Shown: positions 14,001 to 27,600 of the stretch, in pieces
How the letters are laid out: each line of letters starts with the position of its first letter
How positions within the stretch are numbered: the stretch's first letter is position 1
NCBI GenBank assembly: GCA_050273025.1
Contig: CP158635.1
Location: 23,808,001 to 23,872,000 of the forward strand
Direction of reading: 5' to 3'
DNA from: Cenococcum geophilum
Taxonomy: Eukaryota
Length of the DNA: 64,000 nt
Notes under the pieces: generated by a model
What the model saw: only the letters and a program-made list of their open reading frames with translations
Told to the model about the DNA's origin: nothing
Database searches by the model: none
Translations under genes and position numbers: made by a program

Positions 14001-16396
14001 TATTAAGAAGTTAGAATTTAGTATTAAGCGTATAAAGTACTTAGGGTTTATTATTAGTATAAACGGGATTAAGGTAGACCTAGAAAAGGTGGCTATAATT
14101 AACTAATAGGTACCCCTAAAGACTATAAAGGGGGTATAGTTATTCTTAGGGTTCTATAACTTCTACTAACGCTTTATTAAAAACTATAGTAGGATTGCCT
14201 GGCCACTAAGCCTACTTACCTATAAGGACTGGCCCTTTTAATTTAATACCGTATATAGGCAGGCCTTTAATAAGCTTAAGAAACAACTGGTCTCTGCTCC
14301 CTTATTCGCCCACTTTAACTTAAAATAGCCCTTAATGCTAGAAACTAATGCCTTAGATAGTGTTATAGCTAGCGTTTACTCCTAAAAGCAGATAGACAGA
14401 GAATAGTACCCTATTACTTACTATTTGAAGACTATAGTAGATGCTAAGCTAAACTACCCAATTTACGATAAAGAAATGCTGGCTATTATCTTTAGCTTTT
14501 AGCACTAGCGAGCCTAACTAAAAGGCACCCCTAAGTCTATCTAGGTAGTTTCCGATTATAAGGCCTTAGAATATTTTATAATAATAAAGGCCCTTATAGC
14601 CTAATAGGCGCGCTAAGCGGATACTCTATCTTAGTTTAACTTCCTAATTATATATAGGCTAGGCGCTACTAACCGTGTAGACGCTTTTATAAGGCGTAAA
14701 TAGGATATAAATAACCAGATAGCTATAAAGATCTTATTATAGACTTAAGCGCTACTATAACTAGAGCACCTTAACTTTTGGATATAGGCAGAACTAAATA
14801 TAGACTCTTTAGATGCCGAGATATGCCCTATTAACTCTATAGAACTGGACCTTATTAATAAACTACTGTAGGTAAACCGTACGGCCCCTTCTCTATAGAA
14901 GTACCGCGAAAAGGTAAAGAACGTTTTCAGCCTATAGTCCCTTAAAAGTAGATTGCTTAAGCACCGTAAATAGCTAGTGGTAGCAGAGGAACAGAATTTA
15001 TGGACTTGGCTTATTGCCGAAGCATATACCTAGGTCTCTATAGCCTACCCTAGAAAAATAAAACCCGTAGGATTATTAGCAACCGCTACTACTAGCCTGG
15101 AATAATTATAGATATTGACCGCTATATATGGAACTATAATGACTGCTATAGGTCTATAATTCCATAAGATAAGACCCTAGGACTATTAAAATCCCTCCTA
15201 ATACCTGACCGCCCCTAATAATATATCTCTATAGACTTTTATAAGCTACCTTTAGACCGTAACGGATATAATATAGTTATAATCCTAGTTAACTGCTTTG
15301 GTAAGCGCCCGTTTTTAATTCCCTATTATAAGAATATTAATGCTAAAGAGGCAGCCTAACTGTATATCTACTATATCTACCGAATTTACGGACTACTAAA
15401 CACTATTATATTTAACTGTGGGCCGCAGTTTATATTAGCCTTTTAGAATAAGTTTACCTAAATCCTAGGCATTAAGCTAAAGCTTTTTACGGTATATTAC
15501 CCCTAGATAGACGGTTAAATAGAGATTATAAATTAATACTTAGACTAGAGACTCCGGCCTTTTATTAACTACTTCTAGAATAACTAGGCTAAACTATTAC
15601 CCTTAATAGACTACGCCTAAATGACTTTACCCTACAACTCTACCGGATTTGCCCCTATTTAACTAGAAATAGGTTACCTACCCTATATAAGCTTTAACTG
15701 GGAAAGACTAGAAGGGCCTTAAACCGTACGCGAAAAACTATCTTATAAGGAAGCCTAGCAGTACGCTAAGCGCTTAGAAGAAGCTTAGAAAGTAGCCTAT
15801 ATAAACCTAAAAAAGGCCCAGAAATTAATAGAATAGTCGGTAAATAAACATAGGCGCGAGCCTAACTTTACTATAGGCGATATGGTCTAGGTTATAATAA
15901 AGAACTAAAAAATAGAACGGCCTAGCTATAAGCTGGACTATAAGATAGTAGGACCGTATAAGATTTTTAATAAAGTAGGCAACTTGTATAAGGTTAAGCT
16001 CCTAGACTTAATTAAAGTTCACCCTATCTTTTTACTAGATAAGCTACGGAAAGCTATAAATAACCTACTACTTAGATAAAAGAATGAACCTCCCCTACTA
16101 ATTTAAGTTAATAGCGATAATAAATAGGAAATTAAAGAAATGCTAGCCTATAAACTTATAAAGGGAACGTTAAAGTATTATATTAGTTAGAAAGGATATA
16201 ACTTAGACCCCACTTAGTACCCTATATAGAACTTTATAGGTAGTCCCTATAAGCTTTAAGAGTTCTATAGCTATTACCCTAATAAACCCGGACCGCTAAA
16301 GTACCTAAATAAGTAGATAGAGTGCTAGTATAATAAAGATAATAAGCTATTAGAAGAATATAAGGATAAAAACGCCCTAGAAATTTCTTAGTTATA

Positions 16397-16832
16397 ACGT
16401 CTTAGACACCCGGTCGAGCCAGCCACCCGGTCGAGCCACCCCAAAACACGCCAAAATCTACCAACTTTGGCCTATTATAACTCTACCCCTATAAAAGATA
16501 TTTAAATAAAAAATTTAATATAGCTACTTATATATAAAAGGATTTTATTTATAATAATTTTAAATATATATATTTAAGCTAATATAATAATTTTATTAAT
16601 TAATATTAAAAAAAAATTTTATTTTTTTTATTTTTTTTATTAGTTTAAAAATATATAATATTATTTTTAAAACATTATAAATAAAATCCTTTTATATATG
16701 AGTAGCTATATTAAATTTTTTATTTAAATATCTTTTATAGGGGTAGAGTTATAATAGGCCAAAGTTGGTAGATTTTGGCGTGTTTTGGGGTGGCTCGACC
16801 AGGTGGCTGGCTCGACCGGGTGGCTAAGACGT
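16397..16832. mobile_element. Palindromic Fot1/pogo-type MITE in the Gypsy-3 3' UTR
   Basis: TA|ACGTCTTAG...CTAAGACGT|TA; near-perfect inverted arms of ~160 bp around an AT-only spacer. Confidence 0.93.
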
Positions 16833-17886
16833 TATAAGGTGTTAAGATATCCAGGAACTTCAACCGGCGGTTAAAGTTATCTAATTAGTTAGATTTTTTT
16901 ACTAAGACTTTTAGCGACAAAGCCTAAGGGCAGGCTTTTTTAGAGGGGGGGGTAATATTACGGTACTGGCAGAACTTGGTAGAACTTGGTAGAACTTCGC
17001 ACCAGTAAGTTGCCACGGATTGCCGTATATTGCGATTACGTGACGCGAAGATTTTATAAAATACTAAACGGTAATGCTCTTCTTCTCCTTTCCTTTCCCT
17101 AGCTTTAGATTCTTGTTTATAGATAATCCAATTATATAGGCTTGCGCGTCCCCTTTGCTGTGCCCATACCTTAATTAACTAAGTCGTTAATATAAACCTA
17201 CTAGAGCTGTAGTATAGACTACTACTAGAAAAAAACTTCTAACTAGGCCTAATTAAACACCCTAAAGTGGTAGGAAAGCGGTATAAGGTTAAAGCTATAT
17301 TATACTATAAGTCTATTAAAAACAAGCTTTAATATAAAGTTAAATAGCTAGGCTAAGCTATTAAGGACTCTATATAGAAACTAGAGGATTACCTTAATTA
17401 TTATAAAGATATTCTAAAGAATATTAGAATTAAGGTCTATAATCTATAAATTATAGGAAGTGCTTTAATACTATAATGTTATTATAACCTATAAAGAAAG
17501 CTTATAGTAGGCCGTAAGGGGCCCTAAAGAGTAAGAAATAGGTTTTGGAAACTATAAGGATTAGATCACGAATAGCTTTATATCCGCTAGAAATAAGGTT
17601 TTTACAACTAAGTATATATATAGCTTCGCTATAATTACTATATATAGTTAGTGGCAACTAAGCGAGATTAGATGCGCGTACCGAATGTAAAATTTTAGAG
17701 CTTTTGCTAAGGGAGGGAGTAGAAGCTAGTTGTGTATATCGCTATAAACGAAATTACTAGTTACGTTAACTACTAACTATTAAGGCCATTAGTAAGGGAT
17801 AATATTTTGCTAATATAGCTAGGCCTAGCTATTACTTGCTATATACTAGTAGTTATTTCTATTTTCTATATTTTATCTATAGCCTA

Positions 17887-19741
17887 TATAGCTACGCCTT
17901 AACCACCTACCTAAAGGGTAGGTAGTAGATATCCAAATCACCCGGACACCTTAATAACTATAATTAATTAACTTTCTTAATTATTTATTTACTACACAAC
18001 CACTAATATAAGCGATTATCTATTAAGTAAAAATTAGGTCACTTGCCTTGCTTAAGCTATCTATAATAGTAAATATCCCTTAATTGCAAAGGTAACGTAT
18101 AAGAATCCCCACCTATATAGTCGCGTTAAGAATCGCGTTACTAAACGAATATTTTAATTAGATCGACTTATAATAAATAGGCTACTTAGCGATACTAAAG
18201 AAGAAGGCACTCTGCTATAGATTACACAACTAAACGATATTGGGCAGCGCCCTAGCATTTCTCTACTTAAATAATTTATTAATTATATTCTTGTCGACCA
18301 TTATACAGATCCTACTAAATTATTATATACCTACGGTATTAAATAGGCTGTATAATTCTGCAAGCGCTAAAAGGTTATACTTAAGACTAAGGTACCTAAA
18401 GAGGTAAAGAGATAGGCTATTAAAGATCCGGTTCTTATAAAAGAGTAGTTTAGCGCGTTAGGGAGAGATATTAAGAAGTATGCGATATAGTATAAGGTAA
18501 GCGGCTGCATTTTATGCGTAAGATATAAGGGAAAGTAGGCTAGTAATATCTTCTAATTAATATAGTATTGCGTAAATTCTAGTGTCTTATAAGAGCCGTA
18601 GCCGTTAAGAATTAGAAGTTTATATATACCCTTTATCTAGCTTTATATATAAAGATTAAAGTATTTAATCTATTTAAGCGCAATCTTATTATTTATATAC
18701 GCCGTATTACTAATACCGATAGTATAGCTATTAGGAATTGTCGTCTCTAAGTACTAGCGTATTTAGTAGGTCTTGCCTTTAAAGATAATAAGAGGTAGAA
18801 TAACGTAGCCGTTTGCGTAAATTGTCTCTATAACCGTAATAGATTTATAGCTAAACGCCTTACCTACCTTATACCGTACGGCCTTATTATAAATAATAAG
18901 TACCTTCTCTTTTTTACCTTATCCTATATATATACCTAATTTATCTATATTATCTATATATATAGTCGTATTTTAGCTATTTAAGTACTAGTATAGCAAG
19001 GCCATAAACTAGGCTTACCGTACTAGCGCGTTTAAAATTAATAAGATATAATTTCTTTACCTTATTCCTAACGTACAGAAGCGCATATTTAAGAAGGTAA
19101 TAATTAAAGCGGCGTTTGCAGAGACTGGCCTTTACCCATTTAACCTAAAGAAGGTACTTAATAAACTGCCTCTACTACCTAAAGCTATACTAGAGAAGGA
19201 CCTATAGTTAACAACTATTAATATTATAACACTAAAAACGCTTAGGTAGGTAAGCAACTTAGCTTAATATATTAGGTAAATTTTAGAGGAATAAGAGAAT
19301 AAGGACCTAAATAAGGCTATACAGAAATATATATATGGGGCAGAGATTTAGCTTTAAGCATTTAAATCTCTTAAATAGCAGCTAAAAGAGACTAAGGTTA
19401 AGAATGAGCGACGCTAAAAGCAGAAGGCTAATTCTAGAAAGGTTATATAGAAGTTTAGGGTAATTATAGTTACAGAGGGTTGTTTACTGGCTAAAAAGAG
19501 AAAAATAGCTAATAAAAAGAAGGTTATAAAAAAGTATAAAAAGTAGGCTAAAATACTAATACCAAAGCCTAAGACTTCTAACAACCCTATAGATAAATAC
19601 AGTAAATAGGATAAAGTGCGCGAGTAGCAGGAAGACTTATAATTATTATTATAGTAGTGCTATACAATTGATTCTTTCAAACCCTGACGATTTGGATGTC
19701 CACCACCTACCTAAAGGGTGGGTGGTTAAGGCGCAGCTACG
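17887..19741 (+). mobile_element. Fot1/pogo-type (Tc1-mariner) DNA transposon, 1855 bp, transposase pseudogene
   Basis: ~50-bp TIRs (CGTAGCTGCGCCTTAACCACC, left copy RIPped), TA TSD; CENP-B HTH-like EEGTLL*ITQL and DDE_1-like segments (AAFAETGLYPFN). Confidence 0.92.
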
Positions 19742-22700
19742 TAGGCCGCGGATAACCGTCTCCTATATACTATCTCTTATAGACCATTACTATATACCCC
19801 TCTTCCTCCCCCTAAAGCCTCGAAGGTATAAGGGGGATTTATCTATAACTAATATTATAATACTAAAAGGCAAGCTGGATATATATATTTTAGGTATTTT
19901 TTATATCTAGGCCCTAGTTACTAGACCCTCTTTAGGGCAGCTAGTTATAAAGAGGAGATAAGGTAAACTATAGGGTTATTAATATAAGGTCGTTATTAAT
20001 ACTTTTAAGAGTTAGGGGACGTTTTAATTAATACCTATTTTTTATTTATTAGGATTATATAGGTGCCTAAAGTAGGAGGTATAATAGTAGCTATTTTATA
20101 AAGGGGTACTATATAATTATAGCACCTGGTGTACCAAATGCGTGTCTATACGTTTAGTGCACTAACTACTTACTTATAACTAATTAGGGAGAGGGCGCGT
20201 TAGTATATAGACTACGTAGTCTACCTTAATAGAATTGACAGTTACCACTATCTAAAAGAGCATACGATACTATACGTGTTTTATGCCCTTGGATATAGCT
20301 TACCTATATTATTAAGTTGATATAAATACTAATTAGTAAGCGCGTATAGATTAGCAATTACTTAATACCTCTCCTGAGCGATATATAATAGTGACCACCC
20401 GTTTAAATCCTAGTACGACCTGCTAGAAGGCCGGAAGTTGGGGATTATAGACTATATCACCATCTCTATATACTTATTTAAGTCTTAGTATGGTTTACCG
20501 GAAGTTTATAGACGTAAATACAGACCTTCATAGAACCTCCTGCCCTTCTACGAACCTTTATAACCCTATTAATCGCCTTTACAGACTATTATAAGGCCTC
20601 TTAAACTTTTACGGACCCGTTAATTGATTTTATGGACCGTTATAAGACCTCCTCCACCCGCTATAAGCTCCTCTTGACCCGTTACAGCTTATATAGACAT
20701 ACTACGCTATATAATATAGCAGATATAAGCAAGCAAATTAACGAAGGTTAAAAGAAGTGGAGTTAGGGAGTTAACCTTACGTCTATAAACGGCGTTAACG
20801 ACTATATTAATTTTAAAATCCTTAAATACGGATACTTTAAGCTTCTAAATAATGATCTATAGGAATAATATAAGAAAGACTTTACAAACTTTATAGAAGC
20901 TATTTTTAAGACTTGTAACCTTATAGCTACCCGTAACCTACAAACCCTCTTATATTACTAAGGTGTATGGGTTAAAAAGGATAGGCGAGTTACTATTGTA
21001 CGGTCTCTATAATATACTATATAAGGAGGACTAAACGGAATAGATTAAAGAGTAGATTTTAGATTATATTAAAACTAGCGGACTCTTTACCTTTTTTAAA
21101 CTTAATAGGATCTCTGGTCTTATAGACGACCTATTTAATTAAATTCGTCCCATAGATTAAAGAGATCTTAGAATTAATCTTACGGCTAAAGCATACCTAG
21201 TACTTAAGCTATAGACTATAATACCCCCGCAAACTAAAATACGGACCAAACCCCTTTTATTACTTAAGTTACAGATCTGCAAACTACCCTAGTAAGACCT
21301 ATAGTAAGGAGCTAGTTAACCTAGCTAAGCTCTATACCGACGAATCTAAGTATAGCGGTGAAAACGACAACTTTAACTTTAAACTGACTATCTTTACGGA
21401 CCTCTGTTAGAAGGCTAATATTCCTAAATAGGAATTTAGCTAAGCCTATTCCATTATACTACGTAGCCTAGCCCTTAACCACTATTATACTAACCTTAAG
21501 AGTAACCCCCTTGGTGTTCCCTTTAATAAGCTATATAAAGCTATATATAACTACTTTAAAGGGCTAGAATATAAGCGTAATATCCTTATATAATAGAATG
21601 CGATTAAGTTATAAACCGTAATTAAAAAGAATACTAAAAAATCGACTATAGAGTGCCTGTAAATTCTTATTAAAGACCTTTAGCACCTATAGCACGGCCT
21701 TAATACTAAGCTTTAAATAGACGACTTTCTGTATAATAAACTTATTACAGCCTACTAGGAAGTAGAACCCTACAAATACGCCTATTATAAGCCTGCAGAT
21801 ACCTTAACTGGCCTTATTAACAATTTACGGTCTTCTATTATAATATATAAAGTCTTAAACCCACTAGGTAGTACTTAAGCCTTTATTACAAACCTATAAA
21901 ACCCATAAATTAACTTAGATGCCTACTTTATGGACCGCCGCTACCGCTAGTAGTACCTACACCGACTAAGTCCTACCTATAACCCCTATAGTAAACCCTA
22001 TATAAAAGTATACCCCTATAGACAAACTAGCTAGAAGTGCTTTATATATAGTAAAAAAGGATATTAGTTTATAAGGTATACCTAGGAAGAACGTAATAAG
22101 TCTAAGAAGAGATTTAACAGCTAGATTAACTAGTTTATTTTAGACTATAAAGGAGAGGAAGTAGAGGAGTCTCTTAATAAGTTAATAGAAGCCCTTATAA
22201 TTAACTTTAACTTAAATACTTAGGAATAGGAGACCTTAGAGACATTTCTAACTACTTTTAGACCTTTTACGGACGGCTAAGCCTTTAATATTATAACCGT
22301 ATTAGCTAACCGCTCCTTTATATACTTAATCGCACCTAAAAACTAACCTATAAGTATACCCGTTAAGCCTATTATAGATATTACGGACTATAAACGGGAC
22401 CTATTTGCATATATTACTATAAAACGCTATACCCCTAAAGAATTCTATAGCGTTATAATCGATATAGGTACCTTTAAAAAGTCTACTATAGGTTATAGAT
22501 AATACCTTATATATAAGACCACCATAAATAATAATATAGACATTAATACTATGTAAACTGGGGCTATAAACGTCTAATTCGGCATTAGCTTAACCGTATT
22601 AATTAGATTAGTTATAGTTAAGACCCTAATTAGCCTAGTTAACTTCTATATAGTAAAAGCGGACACCCCTTTTCTACTCTGTCTCGCGGATATAGATAGG

Positions 22701-24686
22701 TTATAGGTTTACTATAATAATATTACGGACACCCTAATTGGCCCTATAACTGCCCTAGGAAGTAAGTATATTACCCTACTAATTACATGATAATTTAGAT
22801 ACCCGTTCCTTATATAAGGAAAGACTTTACAGACCTATATTTAGGAATCTTTTAACTATAACCCGTGCTACCTTACTAGTATAGAAATCCACCGCCTATA
22901 CCGCCGTTTCGGCCACCTGTTAGCTAAAAAGCTATATAGAGTCCTTAAACGCTCTGGATATAACGACGTTAATAAGAAGGCAATTAACCACCTAATTAAA
23001 TACTGCTCCTTCTGCTAGAAATACAGACGTTCCCTAGGCCGATTTAAGTTTACTCTTTATAAAGACCTTAATTTTAACTACTTAGTATATATAGACATTA
23101 TGTATATTAACGGCAGCCTAGTATTATATATAATTAACAAGGTAACCCGCTATTAAGCTACCTGTTAGTTATAAAATATATCCGCAAAATATACTTAGGA
23201 TATTTTACGGACCTGCTAGATTGATATATACATTAGACCCCCTAAGTATATTACCTATAATACTAGTAGGAACTTTATTAACAAGGAATTCTAACAGTAC
23301 GCTATAGCTATAGCTATTTTAATAAAAGCCGTTCCAGTTAAGGCGTACTAGTTTATTAGGCTTATTAAGTAAGCTTACCTAGCTCTATAGAGAGCTTACT
23401 AGATTATTATAGACGAGTGTAAGGATATCTAGAAGGAACTAGCTTTATAGATGGCTATAAAAGCCGTTAATAATACCGCTAGCCCTAACGGACTAGTACC
23501 TACCCTCTTGGTTTATAGAGCCTACCTAAGAATAGGCAAACTAAACCCTTCTGCCCCGTCCGTTATGGATTAAGCGGCTATAATACGGAAGGTAATGGCC
23601 GAAATAGTTAAGTTACGGGCTAAACAAACCATTAATAGCGCTTTATACTACCGCAACGGACCTAATACAACCTTAGTATATAACTTCCCGCTTAATTCTG
23701 AAGTCCTTATGTGGCGTAAAAGCGGTAATTGAACTAGACCTTATTGTTTACTAGCTGTAGAAGACGAAACGTGCTATATATAACTTCCTAGCGGACCAAC
23801 TAGCTTTAAAAGCACGTCCGTAAAACCCTATTTTCGGTCTAAATATACCCATGACGTTAAACTAGACGAACTAGAAGTACTTACTAAACTAGATAAACTA
23901 GAAGCACCCTTACCTACCCTAGAAGTCCCCCGTAAACCTACTAAACCTATTAAACCTGCTATAAAGCGTAGTTAAGGACGCCCCTAAAAAAACTCCATAA
24001 CAGAGAATTACTTAACCTCCGTAGGTATATCTGTAAGGTAACCTCCGCCTATAGATATATTAGTTCTAGTATAGGAAACCCCTTTTATAGACTTATAATA
24101 TAAAGAGATTAATAAACTACTTAAAAAGGGCGTCTTTACGGTTATAACAGAGAGAGACGTTCCGTAAGGCGTCTGTATATTTAACTTATGCTTTATTAAT
24201 AAAATTAAGCACCCTAGTACTAATAAAGCCTTTAAAAAATAAAGGCTTATTATATAAGCTTATAATAACTAGGGAAAGGACTTAGTCTTTATATAATCGC
24301 CTATAATTTAACGGGTTAGTTAATGGATTATACTTGCACTTACGCCTAGACTATAGTAAATTAAACCCGTAGCCCTTTACTTACGGGATATCTTATAAGC
24401 CTATATGTAGTCTAATACCTACTTAAGTAGGGACATTTTTATACGACCACCCCTTAAGCTTAACTTATAATTAGGAATAATTTTATAGGCTATAAAACCC
24501 CTTTATAGAGTGCCGGAAGCTAGAAACTACTAGTTTAAAATATATTACTAGTATTACGTTAGTAAACTTAAAATAGAATAGTTAACCTACGACCCCTGCC
24601 TCCTATATACCCCATTAAATGGCCTTAGTATTATTGGACTCTAAACGGATAATACCCTCTTTTTAGCGGACTAGACTTTTGCGGAC

Positions 24687-27600
24687 TGTTACGGACGCTT
24701 TAAGTACGATGTTACGACTACTAGGAGAGGAGTCGAAAGAAGCTAGTTAGTTAATATAGGCACGGTCTAAGATGGAGCCAATAGAACTATATGACGAGGA
24801 ATAGTAACCAAGGTTATATAGGGGGATCTATATAATCTATGGGATCTATATAATCCGTAATAGAGCAGATAAAGTACACGTACATCACGTATAAGAAGGA
24901 TTTCATAGGAGTACGGTTGTGTATTTAAGGACCCTTAGTCCCTACCTAGATAGTTTCTTCCTTGTAGTAATTCTTAGAATATAATTAGAGTTAATTTATT
25001 AGGCAACCACTCCACCAGTTATTATTACGTTGTTGACTTTTATACTTACATCACCTATATACCTAGCCCAATAACGAGCCCACCGTAGTTCCTACTACAA
25101 GGTTCCGTTATATAATTACTACCTAGTTACGGTAATAAGTACAGAAAGTTAAACAATATGCCACCAAAAGCAGCCACTATAACGCCATTAACGGCGGCAA
25201 CTACTTTAAGGTTAGGTAACGACACTAGTATAGCAGACACTAACTTATAGCAACCTATAACGGTCGGACAGCTATAAGAGATAGTCGACCAGTTAATAGA
25301 AAATAATGTGATGTTAGAAAATAGGATTAACGGGATAGGCGCAGCAAAGGTTAAGTTACTATTAATTAAAAGGTACTTAGGAGAGAGATTAAAGCTTAAA
25401 GGATTCCTTATATAGATATACTTTAAGGTTGCATAGGAGGGAGCAAAGCTAGTAACACCTATGGATTAAATAGTATACGCAGGATTGTTCTTAACAGGAA
25501 GAGCACTTAAATAGTTTAAGCCTTATCTTATAAAAATCTAGGTAAATAGGATAACGACTACAAACTAAGAGGTACGGTTTATGTTCTTAAGCTAGAATGG
25601 ATTCGTAGAACAACTTATACAAATATTTAGAGACCTAAAGGCAGTAACTACGGTAAAAAGGAAACTCTAAGACATTACGCAACGAACCTTAGCAATTAAG
25701 TATATAACGTAGTTCCAGACGTTAGTAACGTAAGTAGAGTAGAATAATAGGGCGCTTATAGCACAGTATAAATAGGGATTTAAGGCTAAAGTTTAGGACG
25801 TAATTATCCTAATAGAAGATACGGATACCCTAAGGGAACTAATAGATTAAGCGATTAAGATTAATAATTAGATTTACTAAAGGGAACAGGTTAAGAAGGG
25901 TTAGGATAGAGTTCTATAGTTATATAAGGCGCAAAGCACGCAATAACAAAAGCTAAGTTAAAAACTATAGTATGGCGCAGAGTTAATGGACCTAAGTGGT
26001 ACTAAAGAAGCCTATAAGAGATAGAGTAAGAAACCGTGGAAACCCAGAGGATAAGGATTAAGTAATTAAAGGTCTAAGAAGTAGAGGCTAAATTAGGGAT
26101 CTTAGTAGTAGAAGACGTTTAGGCGGACTCTATAGCAAGAAAAATGGTTTAAAGAAGGAGCTTATATAAATTGCGGAAAATAGGGTTATTACGTCAGAGA
26201 CTATAGAAGTGGGCAGAGTTACTATATAGTAAAAGGTATAAGACTAGCAGACGATATACACGTATAGAGGGATAATAATATGCTATGAGGAACAAAAGAA
26301 TATTTAATTAAAAGTTTTGCGTTTTGTTATAATAACGTATACCAAATTTATAAAGACGCTAAGTATGGCGCAAGCTATTAGCTATAGGAGCTAGCACCTA
26401 TAGGATATAGAGGAACTAATAAACTAATTCGCAGATCGAACATTAAGGACGATAAATTTAACGTAGGCGAAATATTTTATAACAATAAGGCAACATAAGC
26501 CGTTTACTAGGAACGAGTAGACCTTAAAGATATTATACTAAAGGTAGAGGATAATTCCACTATAGAACAGGGAACATTAGTTAGGATTAAAACCCTATTA
26601 GACATAATGTCTATCACTTTATAAGACGCAAGAGAAGTAGGACAGCGAACTACTTTAGCACTTAATAAAGGTAAAAGGCTAAAGGCTTAAGATTCTTAAG
26701 ACGAGATAAGAGACGACTAAGATTCTTAAAATAAGATAAGGTAAGCTTAAGGACCTATAATAAACGATAACCGATGGAGCAGAGTAATAGCTTAGTTTAG
26801 TAATATATAAATAAGCTTAGGACGAAGTTTCCTAAAGGCATAAAACTCTTAAAACGAGATAAAAATACTAAGTAAGCCTAGTTAAACTAAGGCTGGAGCA
26901 AAGCTTAAGACAGAAGCAAGCTTAGGATCAAAAATCCAAAAGGGTTAGGAATTTGGAGAATGAATAAAGACATCTATAAATAAGAGGTAAGAGGCTTCTT
27001 TATAGATTAGAGAATCCGTAGTATAAATAGCAATTAAACTAGGAGACAAATATATAAACTTAGAAGATTTACTAGTGGAATATAGTATTTGGACTAAGGA
27101 TTAAAACGTTAATATTAAGATTAAGAAGTATAAAGACTTTAAGGATCTAAGCGCAAGACGCAAACTAAAAAAAACTATAGAGAAGTTAAGGCAAAGAATT
27201 ATCGCATAGCAAGAATAGAAACTAGATAAGAAATCTAGCATATTAGGATATATAAAGGACAGAGCACTAGTATAAAGAATTACTAATAGGCCTAGGGCAG
27301 GCATACTAAGAGCTAAGTAGCTTACTAAACTAGAAGACGAAGAGGATCTAGGGATCCCTACTAGGTTTAAAGAACGACATATAAAGGGCTGTCACGACGT
27401 AGTAATAAGAAGATACTTCCTTATAGATAAGCTATATACACTCTAGCAGCTATACTAAAAGTGGTATAGGCAAAGGCATAATAATGAGTGGGAAGATTTC
27501 TATATATAGTTAGATAAATAAGTTATCCAGGACCACCTAATTACAGAAAAGGCAATAAGTCATATTAAAGAAGCCTTAATAATAACGTTAAGAGATTTAA

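Larger units (their letters stand above)
10363..17192 (+). mobile_element. Gypsy-3: full-length Ty3/Gypsy chromovirus (237-bp LTRs 10363-10599 and 16956-17192); gag ~11190-12300, pol ~12300-16390, RIP-inactivated
   Basis: TSD TAAAC; RT YLDNII at ~13900, RNase H ETNALD/YPIYDKEMLAI, integrase, GPY, chromodomain; PPT AGAGGGGGGGG. Confidence 0.96.
9288..17720 (+). mobile_element. Gypsy-2: 3' part of a Ty3/Gypsy chromovirus (integrase, chromodomain, PPT), split by Gypsy-3; its probable LTR follows and is interrupted by the Fot1-like element
   Basis: Integrase Zn region at ~9350, IDLITDL, YLGPF at ~10260; VFYI|NLLEL is rejoined across TSD TAAAC; chromodomain 17280-17420; PPT AAGGGAGGGAG at ~17709. 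Confidence 0.85.
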
